The position numbers and the translations under genes are program-made. A stretch of 64,000 nt of DNA from Aplysia californica (taxonomy: Eukaryota), in contig NW_004797880.1 in the NCBI RefSeq assembly GCF_000002075.1, positions 372,124 through 436,123 on the forward strand, read 5' to 3'. The stretch's first letter is position 1, and each line of letters opens with the position of its first letter. Below the pieces are notes generated by a model. That model was not told the origin of the DNA. It did no database searches and saw only the letters and a program-made list of their open reading frames with translations. Below, piece by piece: positions 62,530 to 64,000 of the stretch.

Positions 62530-64000
62530 GTGGGTACATGGCGGGTGCTGCTCGCGGCAGCCGCAGCGGCAGCAGTTCTTCCGTTTTAAGTCTTGGGGCT
62601 TGTCTTCCTTCCCCCTTCCCCCTTCTCCTCCCCACCCCCACCCCACCCCCCAGTGCTTCTGCACTGTTCTTACAACAGCACACACAAGGAAACCCAGTGT
62701 TTTACGTCTGTTTGTGTTGTTCTTACTTTTGTTCTCTTCCTGGAAAGATTTTTACATCAGCAGGTTGTTATATATAGAATTCAGGTAAATATAGTGTCCA
62801 TTGAAATTTACTCCCCATTTTTTACCACAACCACCACCACCACACACACCAACAAACCCCCCCCCACCCTGAGTTCAATCCTGTCAAATTGAGCCCTTCT
62901 GATTAGTCTCAGGCACATTAAGCGTTAATACTTATTTGGCATGGTTATTTTTCAGCCATCGTTTCGTGTTATTTTTTAAACTTGGAAGCTGTAGCTCAAA
63001 GAAAAAGGCATTTGCTTAGGAAAAGCAGTGGTCATATTTCTATTTTTAAAGTCTCTTGTGTTTTGGAGGGTTTCTTTTCCCATTTTAAAAAAACAGGAAA
63101 CATAGTTCAATGGAAAAGGTTTTGTTAATTAATGAATAGCAGAATTTTTCATATTTTCATTTTAAAGGTCTCTTGTTTTTTTTAAAGATATTAAGTCATA
63201 TAAAGGTGGAAATTTTGATCCCTTGTGGGTTAACTGTTAGTGGACTTCAGTTTCACTATGCATTTTAGTTTAGAAGTGCACATTTGTAAAGTCTTTTCCC
63301 GCATCTGAAAATAACCATGAATATTTTGTGGGACTGGAACATTCAAAGTTTGTTTCGCTTCCAACATCCCTGTTGTTCTCTCAGTCCTACGTTTGCCCAC
63401 CCCTTTCCTCTTTGTCCAAATGAGTGTGTGGTCTTTCCTGCCCCAGTGTGATTTCAATTTTGCTTCTGAGCAGGTAGAGTTATTCTGTCTGGCACATTAC
63501 GTTTGTTAATGAGATATTTCTTTTATTCAGCTAGAGGAACATTTAGAGAATCATTTAAATGATTATGAGATTGAAGAAGAAAAGTGTCATGTTTTTTGGC
63601 TAATTTTTATCTTTACTTCTATCCGTTGCTTGTCCTAAACTGATTGCGAAATATGACTTGAGATGTTTTGTTAATAGCAGATGCCAAGGGAATTTTCAGT
63701 ATTCATGTCCGTTTTTATTTTAGAATTATTATTTTTTTTAAAATTACTATATATGGGTAAGATCTTCTCTTGTTTTTGCTTTCTGACTTCTTTTTCCACA
63801 TCTCTGTCCTAGTTTTTACTTGACCTATTAGTATCACGAATTATTTAATACTCTGAATTTATTCCTTACTGTCATGGCATTTGCCGGCAAGCATTTGTCT
63901 CAAGGTTGCATCTTCTAGTCATCTTTTTCGGTAGCTCTTTCATCTTCATTTTGAGTAGCTCTATCATCTTCATCTGTCACTGATGGTTGATGAGTGAAGT

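Noticed and set aside
62530-64000. Final Argonaute exon (expected S.EGS...MYFA*)
   Set aside because: Not found in the window; the read-through tail to 62788 is intronic after a good donor at 62530

Overview
Eukaryotic (animal) draft-genome window with N-gaps and abundant GT/GA microsatellites. The Argonaute sequence and SINE types suggest a lophotrochozoan, probably a mollusc (inference). It holds two divergently transcribed, intron-rich genes. (1) RPL19 on the minus strand: 6 coding exons, 20506->11559, 193 aa, with a 5'TOP start. (2) A miRNA-class Argonaute on the plus strand: ATG at 24437, 21 coding exon positions traced to 62529, intact DEDH slicer tetrad, last exon outside the window. 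The main discovery is a tandemly duplicated pair of 123-nt, phase 0-0 exons in the Argonaute (51829-51951 and 54350-54472). They encode two versions (26/41 aa identical) of the L2-linker segment and look mutually exclusive. Flanking introns contain two crossing long-range RNA complementarities that could each loop out one exon (51791-51824 with 53945-53970; 51975-51989 with 54558-54570), and a dense YCAY cluster lies in a long AG-free zone before the second exon. Together these suggest a regulated splicing switch between two Argonaute isoforms. The rest is mostly SINEs, MITEs, LINE remnants and simple repeats. All alignments and pairings were done by eye.
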